Origin: Eledone cirrhosa
Taxonomy: Eukaryota
Assembly: GCA_964016885.1 (NCBI GenBank)
Contig: OZ024742.1
Location: 257,734,001-257,798,000 of the forward strand
DNA length: 64,000 nt
Reading direction: 5' to 3'
In this document: one piece after another, positions 39,555 through 52,795 of the stretch
Layout: each line of letters opens with the position of its first letter
Position numbering within the stretch: position 1 is the first letter of the stretch
Notes under the pieces: generated by a model
The model's input: only the letters and a program-made list of their open reading frames with translations
Database searches by the model: none
Told to the model about the DNA's origin: nothing
Position numbers and translations under genes: made by a program

Positions 39555-40075
39555 AATGATCATCTTCACCATCATTTAACGTCCAATTTTCCATGTGAGT
39601 CAAGGCAGTTCAGATGACCTTTCCATGCTCATATAAGAACTGATTTTAACTTGACATCTCTACAACCACTTTATAACATTAACAGGGCTCGTTTATTTGC
39701 GTCACGTACACGAGTACTTTCAGTGTATAATGGATTATTGTTGTTGTGATAGCTACACGACCTAGTTACAATTTGGGCAGGATGCTTTTTGCTATATGAA
39801 CATCATGAAACATTTACAGTGTGGCATGGGCGTTAATTGGTGTGGCGCCATCACAATCAGTCTACAGTGAGGGATTAGGATTTAGGTGTGGGATTTGTGG
39901 GGCAATTCAGGGTGTAAATCTAGATAGGTTTGTGTGGAGCGGAGTGATAGGGCGTGGGTGAAGTGTTATCACATGTGACGAGTGTTAGGATGTGGACGAA
40001 AGGAAGGGGTGTTCGGACGTGGAGATGTACGAAAGGGTAGGTAGTTCATATATACATGTAAGTGTGTGTGTGTAA

Positions 40076-40136
<61 letters not shown>

Positions 40137-40189
40137 TGTGTGTATGTAAATGTAAATATATATATATATATATATATATAATATAAAAA

Positions 40190-41090
40190 ATCAAATTTTT
40201 CTTTATTGCATTTAGTTGCTGACGATCGTTTCTACCAGACAACTGCAAGCTTTCATCGGTGCAAACACAATTTTTTAAACAAGTAATTACATCCCTGTTT
40301 CTTAATGCATGCTTTTATTAACATTCTGTATGTAATATGCTTGATATATTCACTTTCTGGTTTACTGTAATGCATGCTATTATTAACATTCTGTGTGTAA
40401 CGTTGCTGATAATTTCACTTTTACATATACTCTCTTTATGACACCTTTCAATATTTTGATATCTTTTTAATGTAATATTATGTATGAGCTTGCTATCAGT
40501 TTGCATCTGTATTACCTTAATGCATACTATTTGGCAGTATCGGTAGAGGGTCGGACGGCATGCTTTCCAGAATCGTTACGTCCCTTTACGATCTGAGTTA
40601 AATCCCGCCGAGGTTGACTTTGCCTTTCATCCTTACGGGGTTGATAAAATAAAGTACCAGTAATGCACTGAGTAATTGCTGGCCTTGTGCCTAAAGTAGA
40701 AACAATTTTCTTTGTAATATGCTTGATATACTCACGTTTATTAATAGCTTCAAATATTTTGCTATTTTTTCAATGTAATATAATTTTATTACTCTTGTTT
40801 TTCCATATGTTCTCACTGACACTGTTAATAATAATGTATCTTAATGAATGTTCTAAGGACTAGGAATGTAATTAACTGTTTAAACATTGTGTATGCTCCG
40901 ATTAACCCGGACAGACAGTTGTCTGGAAGAAACAATCGTCAGCAATTAAATGCATTAAACAAGAAATTGATTGTTTTATATTTTGTATTTCTGCTCTGTA
41001 ATACATCTAATAATTTACATTCAGCTATTTTTCTTACTGCTAATTGGGTAATACTCTATATTATCCTTTCGTGTTTATAATTGTATATAG
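40190..41090. mobile_element. Older inverted pseudo-LTR pair with hammerhead-like motifs, interrupted by a SINE
   Basis: 40190-40310 is the inverse of 40843-40985. Motifs tgc.-CCGAT(G/T)A-..-GAAAC(G/A)ATCGTC-agca at 40216-40264 (-) and 40894-40944 (+). Confidence 0.7.
40530..40703 (+). mobile_element. SINE, main family
   Basis: Near-identical to 47712-47895. Confidence 0.92.
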
Positions 41091-42219
41091 ATTATATATA
41101 TATATATAAATATTTCATTATTAATAATATATATATGCGTCTGTGTGTGTGTGTGTGTGATTGTGTGTGTCTGTGTCTATGTGTGTATGTATGTTTGTAT
41201 GTATATATACGTTCAAACACATGCACACACATATATATATAAATATATAAACTTTACATATATATTGAGGTATATTTATGAGGGAAGAATCGATATTGAT
41301 ATGTTTTATTTTGCGCACTGTTTTTTATTGACCAGGTTTATATAGATTATAGATAACAATTACTTAATATGGCAACAATTACTTTTAGGACATTCGAAAC
41401 ATTAATGTGAAGCTATTATTGAAAACATGACTAAAATATTTTATAAGAAAAAACAGAAGATATATTCGGAAAATATCGTCAGAATCCTTCATAAATATTG
41501 CAATTCAGGAAAGCCTGCACGCAATTTAATAATCAGGAAACCAATAACTAATATATTAATAAAATATGAATGTCATTCTAATCAAGAAAGTAAAACGTGT
41601 TCTACATCTATGTTTTATAAATTATATTTAAACGCTTTCTTACCGATGTTATCTATATTTCAGTGAACAATGTCGAGCGATTTACTAAAATTATTAATTA
41701 TTTCATTAAGATATGAACGTGTAATATGATACTTATAAAAAAAAATGTTAGAAATTTCCATTTAAATAAGAATATTTTGAATTGTGTTTTTATCCCATAG
41801 AATCAAAGCTGATTTTGACTGACGCTATTAAAATGTTGAAATAGGGTATGGTTCAGTATAGAAATTATCTACAGATTATAAAAATTGCCTCAACTTCAAT
41901 GATTAAACAGAGCCAGCTATAACAGGTTTTGTTTCTCCTGCCAACTGATGAGGGGAATATATATATGGTCGCTCAAACTTCTAAATTAAAGCGCCAATTC
42001 TATTTCAGGTGTACTATTATTAACTTAAATATCGCAATGACGTGTTAGATGAAATTGTTCTACTAAGCCATGCCATGACCCTTAGATTCTGATGGATAAT
42101 TATGGATGTATCACTTCATGACAAAGGTAATTTCTTTCAGATAAGGCGAGTGAAAGCCACGTTAAAGAGGTATAGTAGAAGAAACTACGACAGTATTCAC
42201 CTTTCTCTTTTTTTTTTTA

Positions 42220-42521
42220 GAGAACGAGCTGGTCGATCAGCCTTCCAATTCTCTTCATTTGGGCCCATGTGACTGGTTCTCCACACAAATAAACTCCTGG
42301 CTGGGAACCAGTATCGCAGTGATAATGATGTCGTATCTGTTATTGATGACATTCTGATGAACAGAATGAAATCTTCTTCACGAATGGGATCCAAGCGCTA
42401 TAGAAACGATAGAAGAAATGTGTGGACTGGAAGGAGGACTATGTTGTAAAACAAAACTCATTTGGTCATCTTCCATGAAAGTATCTTGGTCAGTCTATGA
42501 ACTTTTCAGGCGACCATCGTA
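42220..42521 (+). mobile_element. Mariner transposase 3' remnant with TIR-like end
   Basis: Decayed ELVDQP..S.(D)L.P.D, LAGNQYRSDNDV, FFTNGIQAL..KKCVDWKEDYV, then aacttttcaggcgaccatcgTA. Confidence 0.8.
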
Positions 42522-42629
42522 TATTCATATATATACGCGTATACACACGCGCCTCACACGCACGCACATGCACACCCACACAAACACACGTACACACACA
42601 CACACACACTCAAACACACACACACACAT

Positions 42630-42661
<32 letters not shown>

Positions 42662-43039
42662 CACGTATATAAGCAGATACATATCTCAGTTGGACCAATG
42701 TGTGCGTATGAGTGAAACAGATAGTGAGAGAGTGAATGGACAGTTTATGGACTGTGCGTACCTTTGTATGTGTGTGAAAGACTATGTTGATAACTATGAT
42801 AAAAAAAATTCACCACTAAGTAATTTAGTTTTCTTTTTGTTTTTTTTAAATTGTCATACTTAATTTATTTAACAATGTTATATCAGATGAATGGTATTTA
42901 ACTAATGTATTGGTACGAGATGGGGCCCACCCATAGCCCCGGCGGACAGAATGGAGAAGGCGTTTTCCCGGTGGACGGCAAGGGAGACGCGCTCGAAAAG
43001 AGGGATAAATGTGAATGATATAGTAATATCAATGTTTTT

Positions 43040-43235
43040 AAATTTGGTGCAACACCACCAATTTGAAGTGAAGAGGAATGTCGAGTAAATTGATCCCAGC
43101 GTGTTACTGGTGCGATATCTTATCAACGATTAAGGATAAAAGATATATCTAACTTCGGAAGTATTTGAACAAGTGCGTAAAAGACGCCTCAAAAAACCTG
43201 TTTTCCGGCATTCTACCGATACTGTTAACACCCCG
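43040..43235 (-). mobile_element. Highly diverged SINE copy
   Basis: gtcgagtaaattgatcccagcgtgttactggt..aaggataaaag..tttgaac..ctaccgatactg resembles the main family. Confidence 0.55.
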
Positions 43236-43642
43236 CTTCCATCAAATCTTAATATAATGTTAAGTGTTAATGGAGAGTCGTATATGATAATGACATTATA
43301 TTCTAAAAGTATTAAAATAAGAAAGTAAACGTGAGAACAAAAATAAAAAAAGCATGTTATTTTTTGCTCTTTTAGTAGGGGTGGATGCTAATTAATGAAT
43401 GAGTTTGGAGGTAAAACGAACAAAACCTACAATGTTAATTGGCGGAATAAGAGTATTTTCAGAAGTGAACATAATCCATGAGGGTTAGATTGAAATGGTG
43501 CAGTAATTTGGGTGAATATTTTTAATATTTTCTACCGAAAAGTTATCTCTTCTATTCTACCCTTCTTTCATGATCATCATGAACATCATCCTCATCATAT
43601 CTCTCTCTATTTTACTCTCTCTCTCTCTCTAAATATATATAT

Positions 43643-43682
<40 letters not shown>

Positions 43683-43884
43683 AGAGAGAGAGAGAGAGAG
43701 AGAGAGCGATAGAGAGAGAGAGAGAGAGAGAGAGACATATGTCATTAATCGAACAGATGTCCGACGAGCTTTTGATTCCAGATTCGGGACAGATCGAAAC
43801 AGATCAAAACTTGAGCTGATCTATAGCGAAACGCGCGTCACCAATCAATAAACGTAATGGAGGCTAAACAAATCGTCCTTGTAT

Positions 43885-43934
<50 letters not shown>

Positions 43935-44074
43935 TCAAAAACCTTGCCAAACAAATACATCTATGAAAGGAACGATCGAATTTCGTCAAATCGGACCGAA
44001 GAAGCGATGCTTCCGTTGGTCTTTGCAATTGATAATACTATCTATCGGTCGGAACATCAGGTAGAAGGAGCAAC

Positions 44075-44185
44075 GTCAAATAAAGTGTCTTGCTCAAGAA
44101 TATAATGCATTGCCTGGTGCAGGAATCGAACTCACAACCTCACGATTGCGAATCCAATTCTCTAACCACTCAGCCACACACCTTC
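44075..44185 (-). mobile_element. tRNA-derived SINE head, second family
   Basis: Reverse complement: gtgtggctgagtggttagag..gagttcgattcc..cttgagcaagacactt (A and B boxes). Confidence 0.75.
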
Positions 44186-44317
44186 ATTGTTTTGCAATGT
44201 TTTTTTTATATGAAATCGTGTGTCGAAACAAATATTGCTATACTTGGGGAGGGTCATATTGTTGTAATAGCATTGACTGACCAACGGTTAAAAATACAGA
44301 TATAAATATATATAATC

Positions 44318-44750
44318 TATCAAAGATCTTTTGTTGCACATCTGCAACATCATCAGTGGTACTATTCTATTTCTACGCCATTTTTATTTTATTTATTTAT
44401 TTATTTATTCTCGTCTCCGTCTCTGCGCATGCGTTTGCGTATTATTATACCTGTGTATATATATATTTATATGTTTATTTATACATCCCTTAAGGTACGA
44501 TAACAACAAACACATGTAAACACACACTAGTAAACAAAGATAGAATTCAAAAACAAAAACACATACACTTAAACGCAAACACACACACCAAACATTATTC
44601 ACACACGCAAATGCATGCACAGAGACGGAGTCAAGAAGAAATATATAAATAACTAAAAGATAAATGGCGTAGACATACATTACAACATGAGGAAACATAA
44701 TGGTACCACTGATGAAATTGCAGATGGGCAACGAAAGAACTTTGATATAT
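44318..44750. repeat. Diverged fold-back repeat with hammerhead-like motifs at the outer ends
   Basis: 44318-~44470 is the inverse of ~44590-44750. CTGATGA-(g/a)ttgc..gcaac-GAAAG at 44709-44740 and its inverse at 44322-44356. Confidence 0.6.
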
Positions 44751-45399
44751 ATATATACATCAAATAGAAATTGATTGACATATAAATATATCTAAAATAA
44801 ACATATGAAACTATGAAAGAGGATAATTTATAAAAGTGTGTAAGCACACATAGCTATGTAGGTAACTAAATAAAGTTTAACTAGAACTTCAAAAATATAT
44901 ACCTTATAAATTGATTAATCTTCCTTGTATATAATCCATTAAAGAAATATATTTCACCAATAAATCGATTGGTAAACGACAGTAGCCAGATTCTGGATTT
45001 TCAATAAGGAAGAAGACTAACCATCTGTGCTTACGCATCAAAATCAAATCAGCGACTGGCCAGTAACACGTGCTGTATTTATTAAAATACACACATTGTA
45101 CCAGATTCGTTCCGGTGGCGTGACTACGGTTATCGACAACTAGAAATAGCAGTCAAGTCCTTTCAACTGAGTTAGCTCTACAATTAAGGGGCCGTATTTA
45201 TATATATTTATATATAAAGGTTTACATATATATATATATATAAAGTAATAGATATATATGTGTTTTGCAACGGTTAATTATACTAATTATGCTAATTGGG
45301 AGAGGAAACGGTATATATTTTATCTGGTGATTCTATAGACATGTTTTATTATACATATATATATATATGCAGAAGTTATATTGAATTTGTTGAGATTCA

Positions 45400-46950
45400 A
45401 CAAGCTTAAAAGTGTTATAACTGATATAAAGCACTCAACAGCTTACTGGAGTAAATATTCAATATATTAATAAATGGAAACTATATATATAAAACATGAA
45501 TTTATAGATTGGTTCAAGGACATAAAATATAAGCATAAAATAGAAGCATAACAACAAATTTTTTCAATTGGATATTGCAAATTACTACTCATCTATCACT
45601 CCTAATTTACTTAAAGCCCTTATATACGCATTTAAATATACTGATTTATTTAGCGATGAAATGCATATCATTTTAACTGCACGTAAAATCTTAATAAAAT
45701 TTAACAACCATCTTTGGACTAGAGCAGATAGCGATAACAATTTCGATATCACTATGGAGTCGTCGGACTCGGCGCAATTAACGGATCTTGTGGGGCTTTT
45801 TATTAATAATACATTACATAGATAACTACTGGAGATGACCGGTGGTTTATATCATGATGATATACTGTTGTTAATTGAAAATAATAATACTTGAGAAATC
45901 AATAGAAAAAGAAAATCAATATTACAATTTGTTAATAGTTTTTATCTTAAGTTAGAAATAGAGAATAATTATAAAATAGTTAACTTTTTAGATGTAACAT
46001 TAAACCTTAATACTGGGCTATACTATCCATTTCATAAAATCAATGAGAATTTAAATGATGTTAACTTTAACTCTAATCATCCTAGATCTGTTAAGAACAC
46101 CATCGTAAATTCCGTACAGCAACGTATTTCTAGAATATCAGCGAATAAAAATATATTTGAAGATAAGGCACAATATTATAACGAAGCTTTAAGTAGAGCA
46201 GGCTATAATGATGAAATTAAATACATCGAAAATAATGATACGCCAATTAACCATAATTATAATTATAATTATAATAAGAAACCTGGCACAAACTCTAAAA
46301 CTAAAAGAAGAAATAGAACTAGAAACGTAATTTGGTACGCTCCTCCATTCTCACTAAGTATTAAAACACCTTTAGCTAAACTATTTTTTAAAGCTCTTGG
46401 TAATTGTTTCCCTAAGGCACATAGATATTATTCAATCTTTAACAGACATACAATTAAAATATCATACTCTACTACTATGAACTTAGCATAGAATATAAAT
46501 AGAATCAATAATATAAATCTAAACCTTAACCAGAATAGCACTAATACCTCTAGCAATATCCAATATAATAATACCGTTCCTAATAATATAAATTCTGATA
46601 AATGTAATTGTAGAATTAAATCTAACTGTCCTTTAAAAAATAACTGTTTAGTTACAAATGTGTCTATAAATGCAATCTCAATAACCATACATGTTCGTTT
46701 AAGAATATTGGTAAAACATCTTCAACTTCTCTATCCAATTTATTATGGAACTTAAAATCCAAGAATATAAACTATTCTTTATCTTGGAATATTATTTCGC
46801 AGCACCTACACAAACACAGCTTTATCCAAATTTTGCAACTCATGTGCTGAAGAAATGTTCTTTATACTTAAATGTAAGAACTCCATTAATTTGTGTAATA
46901 ATTTATTTAGTTCTTGTAAACATCGTTTAAATTCAACTTTTAGATATATA
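45400..46950 (+). pseudogene. Penelope-like element RT + GIY-YIG ORF remnant (Hydra-clade-like)
   Basis: QLDIANYYSSI, FDITMESSDSAQLTDLVGL, GLYHDD, VNFLDVTLNL, SNHP, RNVIWYAPPFS, IFNRHTIKISYS, CNCRIKSNCPLKNNCL and terminal SCKHR. An AT-rich 3'UTR probably continues to ~48600. Confidence 0.88.
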
Positions 46951-47711
46951 TATGAAATGTAATTACACGCTTCATCTTCCTTCCATATGGTTTACTCTAT
47001 CCAAACACTTATAATCTCATTTCTTAAGTTATATTCATAGTTTCAGAAATTTAATGTATTTCTAATTTTAATATCTTTTACTTCGTAAATATATATAATA
47101 CACTTCTTAAATTTCTAATATACTTCTTAAAACCTTTACTTTCTAATATTTCTATTTCATAATTATCTTTATTTTTGCCTTTATTTTTACCTTTATCTAT
47201 CTTACTTCCAATATATCTCATAATCTTTTTGGAATGATAACTTGACTTTTAAAAAATGTTTTGAACTTTTTTTGAAAATTAAAAAATTTTTTAAGGATTA
47301 AAAAAAAAATTTTTTTTAAATTATAAAAAAATTATTATTTTTGGGTCAACTAATATTTTAATATTTTTTTAATTTTATATTTTTCAATATTTTAAACACT
47401 TTTAAATATTTTTAATATTTTAAATATTTAACTATTTTCAAATATTTCTTAATACTTCTTTATATTTTTGAATAATTTTAGGTTTTAATTATAATTCATG
47501 AATAGTCTTTAAACATTTTAAAAAGATTTTTAAAAAGATTTTTGTGTATCTTTGGAGTCTTTTTGAGATCTTAAAAAAATCTCTTAAAACTTCTTTATGG
47601 TCTTTTATAGTCTTAATTTGTATTGTCTTAATTTTTATAGTCTGAATTTTTATAGTCAGAATTTTAAATGGTTTTAGTATAAACTTTTAATTAATTATTT
47701 ATTCTTTTGTA

Positions 47712-47895
47712 GGGCGGTGGATTGGCAGTATCGGTAGAGGGTCGGACGCCATGCTTTCCAGCATAGTTACGTCCCTTTACGATCTGAGTTCAAATCCCGC
47801 CGAGGTTGACTTTGCCTTTCATCCTTACGGGGTCGATAAAATAAAGTACCAGTAATGCACTGGGTTATTGCTGGCCTTGTGCCTAAAGTAGAAAC
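47712..47895 (+). mobile_element. Full-length SINE with 19-bp target-site duplication
   Basis: aattatttattcttttgta at both 47693-47711 and 47896-47914. Confidence 0.95.
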
Positions 47896-48663
47896 AATTA
47901 TTTATTCTTTTGTAAACTCCCGTAATTTTCGTAACCTTTGTAATTTTTCTAAGTATTTAAAATTTGCCTTACAACCGGTGACAAATTCTGGCTAAATATA
48001 TTTTCGTCAAACATATCTCATAATAACTAACAAATAAACAAAACATGACTTTCAATATTTTTCCAATATAAAACATTATACTTTTAAATCATTTATTGAA
48101 ATATATCTTTACTTTTTAATTTAACATTATTTTTTAATTCATCATTATTTTTTTATTTTTTTATTTATCATTATTTTTAATATGAACAGCATAAAAGCAT
48201 GATATATTTACGATTTACGTACTCATCCTCGGAAAAGCTTATTCTTTCGCTCGTTCCTTCACCTTTTTCCCTATTACTCTGCATATAATTAATTTGTTCT
48301 CTCTTTCTTTCTTTCTCCCCCCCCCTTTTTCTCTCTATTTCTTTCTCTTTTTTTCTATCTCATTTTCTTTCTCTTGTTTCTCTCTCTTCCTCCAACAGTA
48401 TAATTTAAATAACCGGTTGTTCTTTCAATTTTTTGGACACTCATACTCACACATAACATTGAATTACCCTCAATAAAACAATTTTTCCACTATGCAGCGA
48501 ACCATCAACCGTCAAGGTTGTTTTTCTACGGGTATGTCAACATTTATAAAACATATTTTGTATTTTATCTGATGAAAGCACATCAACATTGCCTTCGTTG
48601 CCCTTGAATATATATAATAAAATAATTATGATTTTATACATATAGTTTCCATTTATTAATATT

Positions 48664-48701
<38 letters not shown>

Positions 48702-48819
48702 CTCCTTTAACCATCTTTTGTTCTTATATATTATGTATACACCAGTCCCACAAACTGTAGAGTGCTTCTTATACAATAAAACTCACCTCCTACATTATAT
48801 ATATATATATATATATATA

Positions 48820-49430
48820 GTGGTGGAACATTTGAAGGTAATATCCGTAGTGGTAGACGACTCAGTCCATGGGACGAGTTAGGTAGAAGCGCTTACACGG
48901 CAGTTAGTTCACCATACCGAGAACAATTGTTTCACCTTAGCGGATCCTCAGCTCGGAATGGGCATGGTTATAGGAACAGGAAGGACAACCTACGAACGCG
49001 CATGCGCAGAAACCCGGTCACTTCACACAGGCAATACTAGACTGCATGCGAGAGGTGTAAGGGAGATAACTGCGAAAGTCCAAAAAGTTTTTAGGTTGAA
49101 AATAAAATTACAAATATCAATTCGGAGCCTTGTAGTTTTGCAATAGGTGTTTGGCGACGTGTGGCCAACGTGTGAAAAATTCATTTCTCGTGTTTAGGCA
49201 ATCACTATTGCGTAATCTCTTTACAATAGTTACTCGTTCGTCAGTACATAAGCCACAAGTCGGATTTCCCCTTGCGTATGGCTTGGACTTAGTTATGGAT
49301 TTCCATTCGATGGAATCATACGTGGCTCGTGAGTCTCGTGGATGAACGTCTGTCCGGGTACCTGAAGGTAGACTAGTGTTTCAGGAAACGTTCCTTAAAT
49401 CGGCCCTCCGCCATGCCCACATATGATTTG
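48820..49430 (-). mobile_element. 5'-truncated Penelope-like element (GIY-YIG C-terminus plus pseudo-LTR)
   Basis: Minus strand reads KSYVGMAEGRFKERF ... SIEWKSITKSKPYARGNPTCGLCTDERVTI..LNTRNEFFTRWPH..* (stop at 49117), then a hammerhead, then (TA)n. Confidence 0.85.
48912..48961 (-). ncRNA. Minimal type I hammerhead ribozyme
   Basis: Reverse complement: ccat.CCGAG-CTGAGGA-tccgctaaggt-GAAAC-AATT-GTT-CTCGG.atgg. Stem I CCGAG/CTCGG, palindromic loop III, triplet GUU. Confidence 0.82.
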
Positions 49431-49432
49431 TA

Positions 49433-49850
49433 TAGGAGACAAAGTAAGTGACATAATAACTACTTTAAAACTCATAGCGAATGGTCCTCAAAATGTTTTT
49501 AAATAAACGTACAGTATATTATCAAATAAAATAAACATACATTCATACATACATCCCTATTTCAGATCACTGATAGTAATTTGTAATTTTTGGTGGACCG
49601 GCAACTGCTCTGCTTAATCAGCTCTTAAACAGCACTGGAATTCTATAAGAATCCATCTCCTGTATCGGCAGAAGCGAAGGAATAAGCAATCTTGATAACC
49701 GTTAACAAACGAGAAACAGCCGTCGGTAGCTTCTCTTTATTTTTTCGAGACAAAGTAAGTGACATAGTCACTACTTTAATACTCATAGCGAATGGCCTTC
49801 AAAATGTTTTAAAAGAAACATACAGTATATTATCAGATATAATATACATT
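49433..49850. repeat. ~100-bp diverged direct repeat
   Basis: gagacaaagtaagtgacata..actcatagcgaatgg..cagtatattatca at 49436-49525 and 49747-49837. Confidence 0.8.
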
Positions 49851-50032
49851 CATTCATATATATATATATATATGTATTCTTAAAAGTGCTCAATCAATGA
49901 TAAACGTAGATTGCCAAATACGTTATCGATGGAGATATGAAAGATACACATTAACTCACCCAAACAGATTATAACCTGACATATCTTCTTACACACACAC
50001 ACACAAACATAATAATAATTATATATATGTGT

Positions 50033-50174
<142 letters not shown>

Positions 50175-50344
50175 ATAATTAAATATATATATATATATAT
50201 ATAACTATAAGGGAAAATTGTGTTTTTAACTCAAAATCTACTTTTCATATTACCAGTTTAACGTTCCTAATGATTTGATCGCATATATGCATTATCTGTG
50301 TGTGTCTGTCTTTATTATATATATATACACACAAACATATATAT

Positions 50345-50475
<131 letters not shown>

Positions 50476-52441
50476 CTGAATTAGCATGTAATGCTCTTCT
50501 CGGTTTCGAAGATGAAAGTTCCAATCGTTCGAACAATGAAACACAAACTTAATAAAATGTATGTGTATTTGTATTTATTCCTAGACAATTCTCATAAAAC
50601 TCATAAAACGTCAGAGTGTGTAATACGGATGACATTTTGAATTATAATTACAGCCGATCTCACGTGATTCCAAATGATTGCCGAGGAAACTGCTGAAACA
50701 TGTGGACCCGGTGCACTTATTTGAATCTATACAAATTATATGTTACCCCATATTAATGGTTTTAGTGTTTGAAATATGTTATTAGACTAGCGATTTCGAA
50801 ATTTAACTTTTGATCTGAAATTATTCCAGGTCATGTAGATCGTACAACCAGTATTATCTGCTTTCTATGCTATTTAATTTCTCGATGGCATCAGTAACTC
50901 TTCTAGAAAAGTTAAATAAGTATATGTTTGTGCGTAACATTTTTCGTAAAACAGTGTGTCATACAAAATGCCCGGTGAGCTTTCCGGATAATTGCGCCTT
51001 AAGTCAACCGAAATCAAATTTGCATTTCATCGTCAATAAAAATAATTAAACAGGATGGTGTTGATGTAAATATTCAATCGAATCAGAGAGCTGTTTGTTT
51101 CTGTAAAATGATGATGTTCTCGTGTACGTTGTTCAGCATTCAATTCTGTTACAGAATCAGATATTAAGTGTTAAAAAATGCATAAATATGAAAGGAAATT
51201 AATTAGTCCATTGTTTTTCGATCGTTTGAGAGAAGATGTATCGAGGAGCAGATTAATCAAGAGTACCTATGCAACCCCTTAGTCTATTTTTAGAAACATA
51301 TTTTGCATTTCAACGTGTCATCTTCAACAGGTAACGTAGGTATATAATGGAATATAATGGACGTCAATATGTTTTGATGATGAGTATTGCAATGGTTTGA
51401 TCCACATAACAGCTCATTTATTAATTTAACATTAAGTAGGTAATCATTCTTTCGATGCACGCAACCTTAATGTAATTCTCATGGAGAATCTACGTGAGAC
51501 AATCAGTGAGATGGCTTTCGCTTCGATGTACAAGAACATTTCAGCTTGTATTATAGTGCAAACGGCATTAAAGACCATTAACACCTGTACGTTTAAGGTA
51601 TTATTCAGTGCGATTCGGTGTGACAGAATTAGTACTTTGTACAGGAGGTACAGTCCTTCCGACGGGTTTCCAAACAATTTCCGTCTACACGATTTCACCT
51701 ATATGGCATAGCTTGGCTGAATGAAACTTGCTCAAGATACCTCAAAGAGAAATCGAAATTGGTGCTTAATGCTTGTGCAGCGATATTCTTAACTGTTCGG
51801 TAATATTGCGTTCACAATACGAAATATAATACAAATGAGATATAGCTACCACAGCAGCAACATCATTAATAAAAATAACAACAAATGTACCAACAGCAAA
51901 ATGAACAAGAACAAATACAGCATCAACAAAAATACAATAACCATAACATAAAATATATTAAGAAACATAAAAAACAACAACTATATTAGCAATAACAAAA
52001 ATAAAAAGAACGAGAAGAACAAATACACAAAGTGTGTGAAACAAAAAAAATAATTATGAACTCCAAAATGTTAAAGAACAACAGATGCAAAAATAAATAT
52101 ACAATGAAAGGAGAAAGGAAAGCAAACGTCCAGGGAAAGTAAAGCAGGCCCAATATATCCTATGGTTCCCAACAACCATCATCTCTTTCTTGCCAAGGAT
52201 ATCAAAAAAATGGCGCGCAATGTTGACAGATTATTGGAGTAAACATCGATATTATGATAAATGGACACTGTGACATATCATATTGTTATAAATGAGGAAT
52301 TCAATGAATGTAATTTAATGTCGGCTTCACTGTAGCTCAGCTTTGTTGTTCTATAGCCTGTTTGCTTTGCAAAAGTAGTTATAGTTTGTAAATGCCTAAA
52401 AAGAACAAAACAAAACAGCAACAACAACAACTACACTACTG

Positions 52442-52519
<78 letters not shown>

Positions 52520-52795
52520 GTAATAATAATAATGATTTCTTTATATACCACAAGGGTTTACATAAAGTAGACATTAAGGACAGTGCAGGACAATGCAGGA
52601 CGGTACAAATGGGCATTTCTGCGTGTAAAAAAACAAAAACAGAGGATGTAACAAAAATAACAATGAAAATAACAATGAAAAATTCCCCAATAGGGGGGAG
52701 ACTTCGGAGGGACATTTGTGGAGAAAGCCCAGTAAAAAGCCACAATGACCCTGACCACCAAGGCAAGTGCCCTCTCCCAGTTTTCCACCTTTAGT

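Noticed and set aside
48566-48606. Hammerhead at the end of the 45.4-kb PLE (CTGATGA-aagca..tgcct)
   Set aside because: No GAAA or stem III follows; at most a truncated half.
50600-51720. Possible host exons in the least repetitive stretch
   Set aside because: Only short ORFs with no recognisable domain and no convincing splice-site pair. This cannot be supported without transcript data.
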